DNA of 64,000 bases. Origin: an uncultured bacterium (GTDB lineage Bacteria; Desulfobacterota; DSM-4660; Desulfatiglandales; JALVMZ01). The first letter of the stretch is position 1. The number at the start of each line of letters is the position of its first letter. The stretch is taken from contig CBFDUE010000003.1 in NCBI GenBank assembly GCA_965613025.1, positions 3,363-67,362 on the forward strand, read 5' to 3'. This document shows, one piece after another, positions 9,893 through 20,935 of this stretch. The translations under genes were made by a program, and so were the position numbers. Under the pieces are notes generated by a model that worked only from the letters and a program-made list of their open reading frames with translations, was not told where the DNA came from and searched no databases.

Positions 9893-12800
9893 ATGAGACA
9901 GGATAATCTTAGCAGATATTTTGAGCTTATAAAAGATATGGATAGGGTCTTATCCAAAAGGAATATAAAGGTATGTGGAGTAGAGGGATGCCTTAGAAAC
10001 TATCTCATATCCCATATTCTAAAGGAAAGAGAAAGGGTAAGTATAATAATATGTCCTGATGAAAAGACATGTAAAAGTGTCTATCTTGACTGCACCTTCT
10101 TTCTTTCAGAACAAAAAGAGGATATCCAATACCCTGAAAGGAGGGTATTTAGATTTCCCCGATATGATGTATCCCCTTTTACAGGACTGAGTCCCAGAAG
10201 GGACATAGTCAAAGAGCGATTGGAATCCCTCTTTATGCTCTGTTCAGGGGGTAATTCAGTAATTATTACCCCCTTAGAGGCACTAATCTTTAAGATCCTC
10301 CCAAAGGATGAATTTTTAGAATCAGTGGATATATTTGAACCACAAGAGGAGCTGGATCTGGACTCTCTAAGAGAAAGACTCTTTACTCTGGGATACAGGC
10401 CTGTTCCTATGGTTGAGGAAAGGGGTGACTATGCCATAAGAGGATATGTATTGGATATATTCCCTCCACTGTATTCACTTCCTATAAGGATTGAATTTTG
10501 GGGTGAGAGGATAGAATCCATCAGACAATTCAATCCGTTTAACCAGAGGTCGGTCAGAAGCTTAGATGAGATAATATTAATCCCTTTTAGTGAACTTATA
10601 TGGAAAAAAGAGAACATACAGAGGGCAAGGGAAAAGGGAAGGCTTCCTGAAACGCTGAGAGGAATTCCTGGTTTTCCTGGCCAAGAGGCGTGGATAAATC
10701 ATTTTTACAGGGAATTAAATACACTATTTGACTACTTTCCAGAAGAGTCTCTTATTATCCTTTTAGATGGAGAAAATATCGAAGAAAAGGCCATTCGGGT
10801 GATAGAGAAGGCTGAATCAGAGATAGAAAGATATGCTCTTGAGGCTGAAAAGAGGGAGCAATATTTTCCAGATACAGAAGGAATCACTCTTGATATAGCC
10901 TATCTTACGGAAAAGATCGGAAAGTTTAAAAAGATTCAGTTTGTTGAATTACCCTTTGAACAGAGAGGAGATGAAGATGAGGTCTTAGAGCTATTTCTTG
11001 AAGATTATTCATATGATAGATTGATTTTAGAGTTAGAAAGTAAAAAGAGGCTTTCCCTTGCGCCTTTAATAGGACAGATAAGATATTGGATAGAGGCAGG
11101 AAGCAGGGTAGTGGTGGTATGTAGTTCTGATTCACAGATAGAGAGGACAAGAGAGATATTTGAAAATTATGGTGTTAAGGTATGGGATATAAAGGGATGC
11201 TGGGGTGATATACCTCTTCAACGAGGATTGTATCTGTGTAGAGGGGATGTATCAGGTAGTCTATATCTTCCTCAAATAGAGCTCTTTTTGATAGATGAAG
11301 ATAGCATATATGGTAAGAGAAGAATCTTTAAAAGAGACTCTATCTATAGAGAAGGGCTAAGAGAGAGATTTGATACCTCTTCGGATCTAAGAGAGGGAGA
11401 TTTTGTTGTGCATCAAGAACATGGAATTGGAAGATATAAGGGCCTTCATAGATTAGAGGTGGATGGCATAATAAATGATTATGTGCTCATTGAATATGCA
11501 AATGATGATAGGCTCTATATCCCTTCAGATAGGATAAGTGTGCTTCAGAAATATATAGGGCCTGATGAGAGGGAACCCAGTCTGGATCAATTAGGAGGAA
11601 GGGCATGGTCAACTTCTAAGGAGAGGGTTAAGAGATCAGTTAAAAAGATTGCCCGACAACTCGTGGAGCTCTATGCCTTAAGAGAGATGCAAAAGGGCTT
11701 TGCCTTTAGTCCTCCTGATAACAGATTTAGGGAATTTGAAGGCACCTTTCCCTATGAAGAGACCCCTGACCAGATAAAGGCCATAGAAGATGTATTAAAA
11801 GATATGCAATCAGAAAGACCAATGGATAGGCTTATCTGTGGAGATGTAGGATTTGGAAAGACAGAGGTGGCACTAAGGGCATCCTTTAAGGCGGTTATGG
11901 ATGGGAAACAGGTCGCAGTATTGGTTCCAACCACTGTGCTGGCAGAGCAGCACTGGAGAACATTTAAGGAGAGGATGGAGCCTTACAGGATTCGGGTAGA
12001 GGTATTGAGTAGGTTTAGAAGCAGGGCTGAGCAAAAGAGGATTGTGGCTGAGCTCAGATCCAAAAAGATCGATATAATAATCGGAACACACAGACTCTTG
12101 CAGAAGGATGTGGAATTTGCCGATTTAGGAATCTTAATTATAGATGAAGAACATAGATTTGGGGTTAAACAGAAGGAAAAGATCAAAAGATACCGAACAA
12201 GGGTGGATGTGCTCTCTCTTTCTGCAACCCCCATTCCCAGAACACTGCAGATGTCCCTGATAGGCATCAGGGACATGAGTCTTATTATGAGCCCCCCTGA
12301 AAACCGTTATGCTATACAGACACACATAATTCCATTTGATGAGGAGAAGATAAGATATGCCATTGAGATGGAGTTGGAAAGAGCTGGGCAGGTCTTTTTT
12401 GTCCATAACAACATAAGGGATATTCATAAGATAGGGGATATGGTAAAGGAGTTAGTTCCAGATGCCAATGTGGCTATAGCTCATGGCCAGATGAAAGAGA
12501 AGGAGCTGGAAGAGACAATGATTAAATTTATAAGAAATGAGATAGATGTGCTTATCTGCACAACCATTATTGAATCGGGATTAGATATCCCCTCTGTAAA
12601 CACAATAATTATTGATGAAGCAGAGAGATTAGGTCTTTCACAGATATACCAGTTAAGAGGTAGGGTGGGACGCTCTGATAAGACCGCCTATGCATATCTG
12701 GTTATAAGGGATGGGGCAGCCCTTACAAGAGAGGCAGAAAAGAGGCTTAGAGCACTTATGGAATTTTCCCGACTTGGATCCGGTATCAATCTTGCCTTAC

Positions 12801-13384
12801 ATGACCTTAAAATTAGGGGTGGAGGTAATATCCTGGGTTTTAATCAGTCTGGACATATATATTCTATAGGATATGAGCTTTACCTTAAATATATAAGAAA
12901 GGCCATTGCTGAACTTAAAGGGAAGGAGTGGATTGAAGATATAGACCCTGAAATCTCCATTAAGATTCCGGCATATCTACCATCTGAATATGTTCCTGAT
13001 ATGGATCTCAGGTTGTCATTGTATAGAAGACTATCCTCAGTGGAGGATCATAAAGAGTTAAATAGACTTAGAGAAGAGATAAAAGATAGATTTGGAAGAC
13101 CTCCCATAGAGGCTCTGAATCTCTTTGATATCATATATCTTAGAGTGGGGCTTAAGAGATTAAGGGTGCTTAAGATGAATATGGATCTTAAAGGGGTCAT
13201 GCTAAGATTTTCAAAAGATACCATATTATCACCTAAAAAGCTCATAGAGTCTTTTAAGTTAATGGGACTTAATATGAGATTTTTAAGGGATGACACCTTA
13301 TATATTAATAAAAACAGCAGGGATATTAAAGAGAGCCTTGAATATGGAAAGGAACTCATTGATCAATTACTTTCCCTGATATAA
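9893..13384 (+). CDS. mfd: transcription-repair coupling factor
   Basis: 1163 aa. CarD/TRCF RNAP-interaction domain (FVVHQEHGIGRYKG), SF2 helicase motifs (GDVGFGKTEVA, DEEHRFG, SATPIPRT) and a C-terminal TRCF domain. Confidence 0.95.
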   Translation: MRQDNLSRYFELIKDMDRVLSKRNIKVCGVEGCLRNYLISHILKERERVSIIICPDEKTCKSVYLDCTFFLSEQKEDIQYPERRVFRFPRYDVSPFTGLSPRRDIVKERLESLFMLCSGGNSVIITPLEALIFKILPKDEFLESVDIFEPQEELDLDSLRERLFTLGYRPVPMVEERGDYAIRGYVLDIFPPLYSLPIRIEFWGERIESIRQFNPFNQRSVRSLDEIILIPFSELIWKKENIQRAREKGRLPETLRGIPGFPGQEAWINHFYRELNTLFDYFPEESLIILLDGENIEEKAIRVIEKAESEIERYALEAEKREQYFPDTEGITLDIAYLTEKIGKFKKIQFVELPFEQRGDEDEVLELFLEDYSYDRLILELESKKRLSLAPLIGQIRYWIEAGSRVVVVCSSDSQIERTREIFENYGVKVWDIKGCWGDIPLQRGLYLCRGDVSGSLYLPQIELFLIDEDSIYGKRRIFKRDSIYREGLRERFDTSSDLREGDFVVHQEHGIGRYKGLHRLEVDGIINDYVLIEYANDDRLYIPSDRISVLQKYIGPDEREPSLDQLGGRAWSTSKERVKRSVKKIARQLVELYALREMQKGFAFSPPDNRFREFEGTFPYEETPDQIKAIEDVLKDMQSERPMDRLICGDVGFGKTEVALRASFKAVMDGKQVAVLVPTTVLAEQHWRTFKERMEPYRIRVEVLSRFRSRAEQKRIVAELRSKKIDIIIGTHRLLQKDVEFADLGILIIDEEHRFGVKQKEKIKRYRTRVDVLSLSATPIPRTLQMSLIGIRDMSLIMSPPENRYAIQTHIIPFDEEKIRYAIEMELERAGQVFFVHNNIRDIHKIGDMVKELVPDANVAIAHGQMKEKELEETMIKFIRNEIDVLICTTIIESGLDIPSVNTIIIDEAERLGLSQIYQLRGRVGRSDKTAYAYLVIRDGAALTREAEKRLRALMEFSRLGSGINLALHDLKIRGGGNILGFNQSGHIYSIGYELYLKYIRKAIAELKGKEWIEDIDPEISIKIPAYLPSEYVPDMDLRLSLYRRLSSVEDHKELNRLREEIKDRFGRPPIEALNLFDIIYLRVGLKRLRVLKMNMDLKGVMLRFSKDTILSPKKLIESFKLMGLNMRFLRDDTLYINKNSRDIKESLEYGKELIDQLLSLI

Positions 13385-13460
13385 AGATACCTTAGAAATA
13401 ACTTTAAAATGGGATTCTATGATGTTAAATTAGATAGATAAAAAATAATAAGGAGAGTAT

Positions 13461-14420
13461 ATGAAAAGGACTGCACTACTTATATCCCTATTTTTTCTGA
13501 TCCTTCCTCTATCCTTAGCATATTCAGAAGTGATCAACAGGATTGTTGCCTTTGTAAATGATGATATTATAACCCTATATGAGTTAGAAGACAGGATAAG
13601 ACAGGTTACCGGATATTTCCCTACAAAACTTAAAGACATGGATAAACAGGCCTATATTAATGCCAGAAAGATGGTTTTAGAGGAGATGATAAATGAAAAG
13701 CTCACCGAACAGAAGATAGAAGAGCTGGGAATAGAGGTAAGAGATTCAGAGATAGATGATGCTATTGAAAGGATCAAACAGATAAATGGATGGACTCAGG
13801 AAGATCTCCTTGAAAGGCTAAAAGAGGAGAGGATAAGTTACGGTAAATATAGGCAGAGGATTAAAGAGGATCTCAAAAAGGTAAAGCTTATAAATAGGGA
13901 GGTAAAATCAAAGATCCTTATTAAGGATAGTCAGGTAGAGAAGTATTATAGAGAACATAGAGATGAATTTATGGAAGAGGAAGAGGTGGAGCTGGCATGT
14001 ATCTTTTTATTCCCTAAATCAAAAGAGGAAGGAGAGTTAAAAGATCTTAAGGAAAAGGCCTGGGCCATCTATAAGGAGATAAAAGAAGGAGAGGATTTTG
14101 GTAAGATGGCAAAGAGATATTCAATGGGGCCAGGTGCAGAGGATGGCGGAAAAATAGGCAGCTTCAAGGTCTTTCACCTTGACCCTGTGCTTAAAAAGGC
14201 AATTGAAGGTCTTCCTAAAGGAGAAATCACTGAACCTATTGTAACGGAGCAGGGTATTAGGATTATTAAGGTGCTAAACAGGACAGGTGGTCAGATAAAG
14301 GGATTATCAGATGTAAGAGATAAGATAATGGATATCCTCTATAGGGATGAAGTAAAGCGAAGATATAACAGATGGATTGAAGAAGTGAAGAAGAGATCCT
14401 ATATAAAAGTGGTATTTTAA
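13461..14420 (+). CDS. SurA-like periplasmic chaperone / parvulin-type peptidyl-prolyl isomerase
   Basis: Signal peptide, SurA N-terminal-like domain and a parvulin domain (ACIFL...GEDFGKMAKRYS...GGKIGSF). Confidence 0.8.
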   Translation: MKRTALLISLFFLILPLSLAYSEVINRIVAFVNDDIITLYELEDRIRQVTGYFPTKLKDMDKQAYINARKMVLEEMINEKLTEQKIEELGIEVRDSEIDDAIERIKQINGWTQEDLLERLKEERISYGKYRQRIKEDLKKVKLINREVKSKILIKDSQVEKYYREHRDEFMEEEEVELACIFLFPKSKEEGELKDLKEKAWAIYKEIKEGEDFGKMAKRYSMGPGAEDGGKIGSFKVFHLDPVLKKAIEGLPKGEITEPIVTEQGIRIIKVLNRTGGQIKGLSDVRDKIMDILYRDEVKRRYNRWIEEVKKRSYIKVVF

Positions 14421-14433
14421 GAAGAAAAGAGCT

Positions 14434-15246
14434 ATGGAACAGAGCAAGAGCACTGAAGATAGTAAAGAACAGGGCTTGGGAAGATATCTCAGGAGGGAGC
14501 GGGAAAACAGGGGCTATAGTATAGAAAAATTGGCCTCCATTACAAGACTTAGGCCTGAGATAATTAAGGCGATAGAGAAAGAGGAATGGGATAAGATGCC
14601 CGCTCCTGTCTTTGTAAGAGGATTTATTAGATCATATATTCAGGCATTAGGTCTTGATAAGGAAAAGATCTTTCAGAGATTTAAGTATATTCCAAAAGTA
14701 GAGGCAGAGGCTCCTGAGATCTTAATGCCAAAACAGGAAGGCATCTCTAAAAGATTCTTCATCTATGGTTCAATTATAATAATCTTTATATCTTTGATCT
14801 CTATAATTACAATTAAAAAGGTGAAAAATACCTATAGTCCCATTACCCCTTCTATTACCATTCCTTCACAGGACAGGGGAGCCCTAAAAAGATCTGTTCC
14901 TACCAGAGAGGTGAAGGATTCAAAAGTGGGTCATATCCAAAAGGTTGAAAAAGAGAGACAGATAAAGGCGAGCCCAGAGTCCACTTTTAAACACACCCTC
15001 ATCTGTAAAGCAAAGGATAGATGCTGGCTCAGCATCTCCATTGATGGTTTAAAAAATAAGGAACTATTGCTTGAGCCGGGAGACTCTATAAGATGGGGCT
15101 TTAACGATAGGATAGATCTGATAATAGGAAATGCAGGTGGAGTTGAGCTTGAATATGATGGGGATAGGATCCTTAAGCTTGGTAAGAAGGGTGAGGTAAA
15201 GAGGATCTCTATTCCCAATGATCTTAAAGAGGTCAAAAACAGATAG
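14434..15246 (+). CDS. RodZ-like cytoskeleton protein (HTH + TM + DUF4115)
   Basis: N-terminal XRE-type HTH (LGRYLRRERENRGYSIEKLASITRL), one TM segment, and a C-terminal DUF4115-like region (CWLSISIDG...GNAGGVELEYDG). Confidence 0.7.
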   Translation: MEQSKSTEDSKEQGLGRYLRRERENRGYSIEKLASITRLRPEIIKAIEKEEWDKMPAPVFVRGFIRSYIQALGLDKEKIFQRFKYIPKVEAEAPEILMPKQEGISKRFFIYGSIIIIFISLISIITIKKVKNTYSPITPSITIPSQDRGALKRSVPTREVKDSKVGHIQKVEKERQIKASPESTFKHTLICKAKDRCWLSISIDGLKNKELLLEPGDSIRWGFNDRIDLIIGNAGGVELEYDGDRILKLGKKGEVKRISIPNDLKEVKNR

Positions 15247-15260
15247 ATGGGGAGGGAGGT

Positions 15261-16502
15261 GTGCAGGATATAATTGATATCTTTGAAGAGAGAGGTTTTG
15301 TTGAACAGATAACTGATAGAGAAGGGCTTAAGAGATTAGCTGAGGATACCATCACATGCTATATCGGATTTGATCCCACTGCCAAGAGTCTTCATGTGGG
15401 AAACCTCATACCCATAATGGCTCTCTCTCATATGCAGAGGCAGGGACATCGGCCTATTGTGGTTATGGGAGGTGGAACAGCCCTTGTGGGAGATCCCAGT
15501 GGAAAGACAGAGGCACGACCCATAATGAGCAGAGAGGAGATTGAAGAAAATGCAGAGAGGCTCAAAGTGCAATTTAAAAAATTTTTGGACTTTTCAGAAG
15601 GAAGGGCCATTATGGTCAATAATGCAGATTGGCTGGTTGAGCTTAAATACATTGATTTTTTAAGGGAGATTGGAAGACATTTCAGTGTAAATAGAATGCT
15701 TTCCGCTGAAAGCTATAAGATAAGGCTAAAGACAGGCCTTAGTTTTATAGAATTTAATTACATGCTACTTCAGGCATATGATTTTTGGTACCTGTTCAAA
15801 CATTACAATTGCAGGCTTCAGATGGGGGGAAATGATCAGTGGGGAAATATAGTTGCTGGCATTGAGCTTACAAGGAGACTTGAAGGTGAGACCATATATG
15901 GACTTACATTTCCCCTAATTACTACTTCAAGTGGTATGAAGATGGGTAAGACACATAAAGGGGCTGTATGGTTAGACCCGAAGCTGACCTCTCCATATGA
16001 ATATTATCAATACTGGATAAATCAGGATGACAGGGATGTGGAAAGATTCCTGGCATTATTTACCTTTCTGCCTATGGATGAGGTAAGAAGGCTCGGTGCC
16101 TTAAAAGATGAGGCTATTAGAGAGGCAAAGGAGATATTGGCATATGAGGCTACAAAGATATGTCATGGAGAGGAAGAGGCTAAGAGGGCAAGAGAGGCCT
16201 CTAAGATCCTGTTTTCTAAATCATCTCCCAAAGAGGCCCCTGATACCATTCCCACAGTATTACTTCCCTATAGCGAGATAGAAGAAGGTATCCCTGCCTA
16301 TATCCTATTCCACAGAGCTGGACTATGCAGTAGCAGAAGTGAGGCAAGAAGATTAATAGGTCAAGGAGGAGGATATATAAATAATAAGGGTGTTGAGAGT
16401 TTTGATCAGATTATTGATTTAAGTTATCTAAAAGATGACTATATACTTTTGAAGGCGGGAAAAAAGAGATTTGTGAAGGTAAAGATTAAGAGAGATACAT
16501 AA
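15261..16502 (+). CDS. tyrS: tyrosine--tRNA ligase
   Basis: GTG start. HIGH-type HVGN and KMSKS-type KMGKT motifs, and a C-terminal S4 domain. Confidence 0.95.
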   Translation: MQDIIDIFEERGFVEQITDREGLKRLAEDTITCYIGFDPTAKSLHVGNLIPIMALSHMQRQGHRPIVVMGGGTALVGDPSGKTEARPIMSREEIEENAERLKVQFKKFLDFSEGRAIMVNNADWLVELKYIDFLREIGRHFSVNRMLSAESYKIRLKTGLSFIEFNYMLLQAYDFWYLFKHYNCRLQMGGNDQWGNIVAGIELTRRLEGETIYGLTFPLITTSSGMKMGKTHKGAVWLDPKLTSPYEYYQYWINQDDRDVERFLALFTFLPMDEVRRLGALKDEAIREAKEILAYEATKICHGEEEAKRAREASKILFSKSSPKEAPDTIPTVLLPYSEIEEGIPAYILFHRAGLCSSRSEARRLIGQGGGYINNKGVESFDQIIDLSYLKDDYILLKAGKKRFVKVKIKRDT

Positions 16503-17470
16503 TGAAAAATTCTCCACAATTAAAAGAAGAGGTAGAATTTACTGAGCCTCTCCCATCGGAGGAGAAGATAGATCTTCTTCCAGTCGCAGAGATAGGGGAA
16601 AAGGGTGTTGTTCCCTATGATCCTCTTCAGCTATATCTACTGGAGATCAAAAAGTTTAAACTTTTAAGCAGGGAAGAAGAGATTGAACTTGCAAGGAGAG
16701 TCAGAGAGCATAATGATAAGATGGCCGCATATAGATTAATTACTGCTAACCTAAGATTGGTTGTTAAGATAGCAATGGATTTTTATAGATACTGGAATAG
16801 AAGCCTTATGGATCTTATCCAAGAGGGTAATGTGGGTCTGATTCAGGCAGTAAAGAAGTTTGATCCATATAAGGGAATAAAATTTTCCTATTACGCATCC
16901 TTTTGGATAAAGGCATATATACTGAAATTTATTATGGAAAATTGGAAACTTGTTAAGATTGGCACCACTCAGACCCAGAGGAAGCTCTTCTTTAACCTTG
17001 CAAAAGAAAGGGAGAAGCTGATGGCTCAGGGATTCATCCCTGAACCCAAGCTCCTGGCAGAGAGATTGGAGGTTAAAGAAAAGGATGTGGAGGAGATGAC
17101 TCAGAGGATGGGTGGAGGGGAGATCTCCTTAGACTCACCCATTGGAGATAATGGCAGAGAGATGTTAGGATCGCTATTGCCCGATAAAGGGCCTCCACCA
17201 GATGAGCTAATCGGGCAAAAGGAGGACAGAGAACTACTTTTAAAGAAGCTTGAAGAATTTAAGAGACATTTAAAGGGAAAGGAGCTGGATATATTTGAAA
17301 ATAGGATTATGGCAGAAAAGCCCCTGACCCTTCAGCAATTGGGCGATAAATACAATATATCCAGAGAAAGGGTCAGGCAGATTCAGGAAAAGATTATAGG
17401 CAAGATAAAAGAGTTTTTAAAGAAAGAGATTCCAGATTTTGAAGAGAGATATTCAGACTTTTTGAAATGA
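16502..17470 (+). CDS. rpoH: RNA polymerase sigma factor, RpoH (sigma-32)-like
   Basis: Sigma-70 regions 2-4 (LIQEGNVGLIQAVKKFDP; YNISRERVRQIQ). Contains a QRKLFFNL sequence matching the RpoH box. Confidence 0.8.
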   Translation: MKNSPQLKEEVEFTEPLPSEEKIDLLPVAEIGEKGVVPYDPLQLYLLEIKKFKLLSREEEIELARRVREHNDKMAAYRLITANLRLVVKIAMDFYRYWNRSLMDLIQEGNVGLIQAVKKFDPYKGIKFSYYASFWIKAYILKFIMENWKLVKIGTTQTQRKLFFNLAKEREKLMAQGFIPEPKLLAERLEVKEKDVEEMTQRMGGGEISLDSPIGDNGREMLGSLLPDKGPPPDELIGQKEDRELLLKKLEEFKRHLKGKELDIFENRIMAEKPLTLQQLGDKYNISRERVRQIQEKIIGKIKEFLKKEIPDFEERYSDFLK

Positions 17471-19206
17471 TGAAGATAAGAATTCCTATCCTATGTATTC
17501 TCTATATTGTATTTCTATCATGTGCATCCACTTGTCCAGTGGTAAAAGAAGATCTTTCTAAAAGTAATGACGAAATTCAAAAAGGAAATGCTACCGCTGA
17601 GCCGGAGAAAGATCCAAAACAGATAGCATATGCCAAATTCCTCCTGTCTTCATTCTATATCAATAAAGGGGAATATAAAAAGGCAGAACAATATCTTAAT
17701 GATGCATTACGATCTGATCCCGACTCTGCTTATCTGAATACAAAGATGGCTCTGCTTTTAAAGGAGATGGGAAGGCTGGATGAGGCTGAGCTCTATGCCA
17801 AGAGATCTATGGAGTTAGATTCCCAAAATCTGAATTCCCTATTGGTCTTGGCAGAGATACTGAGGAGGAAAGGTCAGGAGAAAAGGGCGTTTGAAGTCTA
17901 TGAAAAGGCTATAAAGCTGGACCCTCAGAACAGAAACTTAAGGATATTGCTCTGCAATTACTATCTGAGGAAGAGAGAATTTAAGAAGGCACTTAACCAT
18001 GCCAAGAATCTTTTAGATATCGCACCCCAACTTCCCATCACACACTACTATTGGGGAAGGATACAGTTCCATATGGGTAATTATAAGAAGGCTGAAGAAG
18101 GCTATAAAAAGGCCATTGAATTAAAGGAGGATATGGTTCCTGCACTTTTTGATCTGGGCACTCTCTATCAGGTAAAGGGAATGTATAAGAAGGCAATTGA
18201 TGTATATGAGAGATTCATAAGGAGGTTTCCATCTAATATAGAGGTGCGAAAGAGGTTAGTAAATCTCTATATGAGTATAAATAAAAGGCAGGATGCCGAA
18301 AGACATCTAAAAGAGATGGAAAAGAAGATTAAGGAGGGAGACAAAAAGGGCTCTGAGCTTGCGCTCCTCTATATCAGATATGGTAGGATTGATAGGGGCA
18401 TAAAAATACTTAAGGCCATTCTCAATAGATGGCCTAAGTATAATAAGGCACTATATTATCTTGGTTTAGCATATGAAGAAAAGGATGAGTATGAAAAGGC
18501 ACTTAATAATCTTAAAAAGATCGGCAAAGATTCTCCCTTATATGAAGATTCCAGGATCCATATGGTCTATGTGCTATCAAGACTTAAAAGATTTGATGAG
18601 GCAATAGAGATTATTGAAAATGCAAAGAGATATAAGAAGAGCAGAGACTTTGATATAATGCTTGCTGAAATCTATGAAGAAAAGAAAGATTACCAGAAAT
18701 CCCTTGAGATATTAAATGGCCTTTTAAAAGATAATAGTCAAGACGTGGAGCTTATCTACAGGATAGGCATAGTTTATGATAAGATGGGGAAAAAAGAAGA
18801 ATCTATAAGGACTATGGAAAAGATCCTCTCTATTGACCCAGATCATGCTGATGCCTTAAACTATATAGGCTATACCTATGCAGAGATGGGGATAAGGCTT
18901 GATGAAGCACTCAAACTTATAGAAAAGGCCTTAAAGATAAAACCGAACAGTGGATATATAGTTGATAGCTTGGGTTGGATCTATTTCAAGAAAGGACAAT
19001 ATGATAGGGCATTGGAACTGATTAAAAAGGCCCTATCTCTTACACCCAATGATCCTACCATAATAGAGCACTTAGGCGATATATATATAAAAAGGAGGAG
19101 ATATAAAAAGGCTCTGGAGCTATATCAAAGGGCTATTGAACTGAATCATCCTGACAAAGAAAAGATAAGAGACAAGATTAGGAGAATAAAGGAATTTATT
19201 AAATGA
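17467..19206 (+). CDS. TPR-repeat lipoprotein
   Basis: Signal peptide with lipobox (VFLSC) followed by many TPR units across 579 aa. Confidence 0.8.
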   Translation: MMKIRIPILCILYIVFLSCASTCPVVKEDLSKSNDEIQKGNATAEPEKDPKQIAYAKFLLSSFYINKGEYKKAEQYLNDALRSDPDSAYLNTKMALLLKEMGRLDEAELYAKRSMELDSQNLNSLLVLAEILRRKGQEKRAFEVYEKAIKLDPQNRNLRILLCNYYLRKREFKKALNHAKNLLDIAPQLPITHYYWGRIQFHMGNYKKAEEGYKKAIELKEDMVPALFDLGTLYQVKGMYKKAIDVYERFIRRFPSNIEVRKRLVNLYMSINKRQDAERHLKEMEKKIKEGDKKGSELALLYIRYGRIDRGIKILKAILNRWPKYNKALYYLGLAYEEKDEYEKALNNLKKIGKDSPLYEDSRIHMVYVLSRLKRFDEAIEIIENAKRYKKSRDFDIMLAEIYEEKKDYQKSLEILNGLLKDNSQDVELIYRIGIVYDKMGKKEESIRTMEKILSIDPDHADALNYIGYTYAEMGIRLDEALKLIEKALKIKPNSGYIVDSLGWIYFKKGQYDRALELIKKALSLTPNDPTIIEHLGDIYIKRRRYKKALELYQRAIELNHPDKEKIRDKIRRIKEFIK

Positions 19207-19975
19207 CCATATTAGATAGAGAAAGACATATCTTAATTATTATAATCTTTTTTTTTACCTGTTTGGATGTGCAATTAGGCCAGGCTATAGGGTTTCAGAA
19301 ATTAAATTCAGAGATACTATTAATCTTTTAAGGAAACAAGGGGAATGTGTCTACTCTATATATGGCTCCTTTACATGTGAGATATATAGTTGGCCATATG
19401 AAGGCAGGTTTAATGTATTTTACGTGCTTTCAAAAGGGCCATTCCGATTAAAGATGGAGATCAATGCTGTTTCTGGAATGCCCCTCTATCATATCCTTAT
19501 AAAAGACAGGAGAGTCCATATAATCTCCTTTATTCAAGATTCCTACTACCGTGGTAGGGCTAAGGATATTACAACACTATTTCCTTTTATGATTGATGAA
19601 AAGGTTATATGGTATCTACTAAGGGCCTTTCCAGCCTTATGGCATCACAATAGCACTATACTTAAAGATGGGCTGATATATATTCTCAATGATAAAGAAG
19701 AGATAGAGGGAAGATTGAGATTGTTAGATAAAGGCATGGAGTGCGATTTTCCGACTAAGGGCCTGAAGATGAGATTTTTATCCATTGAAAGACTTAAAGA
19801 AGGAATCCTTTATGCAAAGGATATAGATATCATATCCACAGAGGGGAAAGGAAAGGCACTGATTCATCTTAAGAAAATCGGATTTAATCCTACCCTTCCT
19901 ACTGGTATCTTTAAGATATCTATCCCTCCAGATTTCAGAGAGGTTCCCATCGATGCCCTATCCTCCAATACTTGA
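19203..19975 (+). pseudogene. LolB/DUF4292-like outer-membrane lipoprotein gene with an apparent frameshift at a T9 tract (or a sequencing error)
   Basis: The ATG at 19203 overlaps the TPR gene stop as ATGA and encodes MTILDRERHILIIIIFFF. After the T9 run (19248-19256), a different frame is open from 19220 to 19975. That frame reads ..FFYLFGCAIRPGY.. (lipobox LFGC) continuous with the track ORF 19424..19975. One extra T would fuse both parts. The family call is tentative. Confidence 0.55.
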
Positions 19976-20935
19976 CATATGTCTTGAACATCTCCTCGGA
20001 TATATTATCCCCTTTTGAATAATCCTCTTCTTTTTTTCAATGGTATGTCTCAGAACCTCCACAAGCTCTTGATCGCTTTTTCCGTTTCTAAGCATGTATC
20101 TAAGATCCACCTCAGAGTCAGAAAAGAGGCAGCTCCTGAGGCCACCTTCGGCTGTAAGACGAAGCCTGTTACAGTTTTTACACTGATGTCCTGTCATGGT
20201 TTCGATAATTCCGATCTCTCCTATGGAATCTTTTATCTTAAATCGCCTTGCAGGACCAGAGTAAGGATCTGAAGGTATCTCAATTAGTTTACCATATCCC
20301 TTTACCCTTTCCAAGATCTCTCTACCGGATATGAATCTTTTAGGATCCCACCTGTTGTTTTCTCCAATGGGCATAAATTCTATAAATCTTATATGAAAAG
20401 GCCTTTTAAATGTAAGTGAGATAAAATCTTCCAATTCATCATCATTTAGCCCTTTCATTACCACTGTATTTATCTTTACCGGATCAAATCCCTGATCTAA
20501 CGCCTCTTCAATCCCTTCCCAGACATCACGGAAGTGGTCTCTGCCTGTTATCTTCTTATATCTATCCGCTCTCAGGGTATCTAAGCTTATATTAATTCTC
20601 TCTATACCACACCTTTTAATGTCCTTTGCAAATCTCTTAAGCAATACCCCATTGGTGGTAAGGGATATATCGACGAGTTCAGGAATCTCCCTTAATCTAC
20701 ATAGAAATCCTATAATCCCTCTTCTTAAAAGGGGCTCTCCACCAGTGAGCCTTACCTTTCTTATCCCCACCTGGATAGATAGACGCACCACTCTTAGTAA
20801 CTCTTCATAGGTCAATATCTCTGAATAAGGCACAAATCTTATTCCTTCCTGGGGGACACAATAGATACACCTCAGATTGCACCTATCTGTAATTGAGAGC
20901 CTAAGATAGTTTATCCTATGTTCATATTCTTTCAT
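19958..20935 (-). CDS. moaA: GTP 3',8-cyclase (Moco biosynthesis protein A)
   Basis: Radical-SAM CNLRCIYC motif and a C-terminal second-cluster Cys triad (CKNCNRLRLTAEGGLRSC). Confidence 0.9.
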   Translation of the reverse strand: MKEYEHRINYLRLSITDRCNLRCIYCVPQEGIRFVPYSEILTYEELLRVVRLSIQVGIRKVRLTGGEPLLRRGIIGFLCRLREIPELVDISLTTNGVLLKRFAKDIKRCGIERINISLDTLRADRYKKITGRDHFRDVWEGIEEALDQGFDPVKINTVVMKGLNDDELEDFISLTFKRPFHIRFIEFMPIGENNRWDPKRFISGREILERVKGYGKLIEIPSDPYSGPARRFKIKDSIGEIGIIETMTGHQCKNCNRLRLTAEGGLRSCLFSDSEVDLRYMLRNGKSDQELVEVLRHTIEKKKRIIQKGIIYPRRCSRHMSSIGG

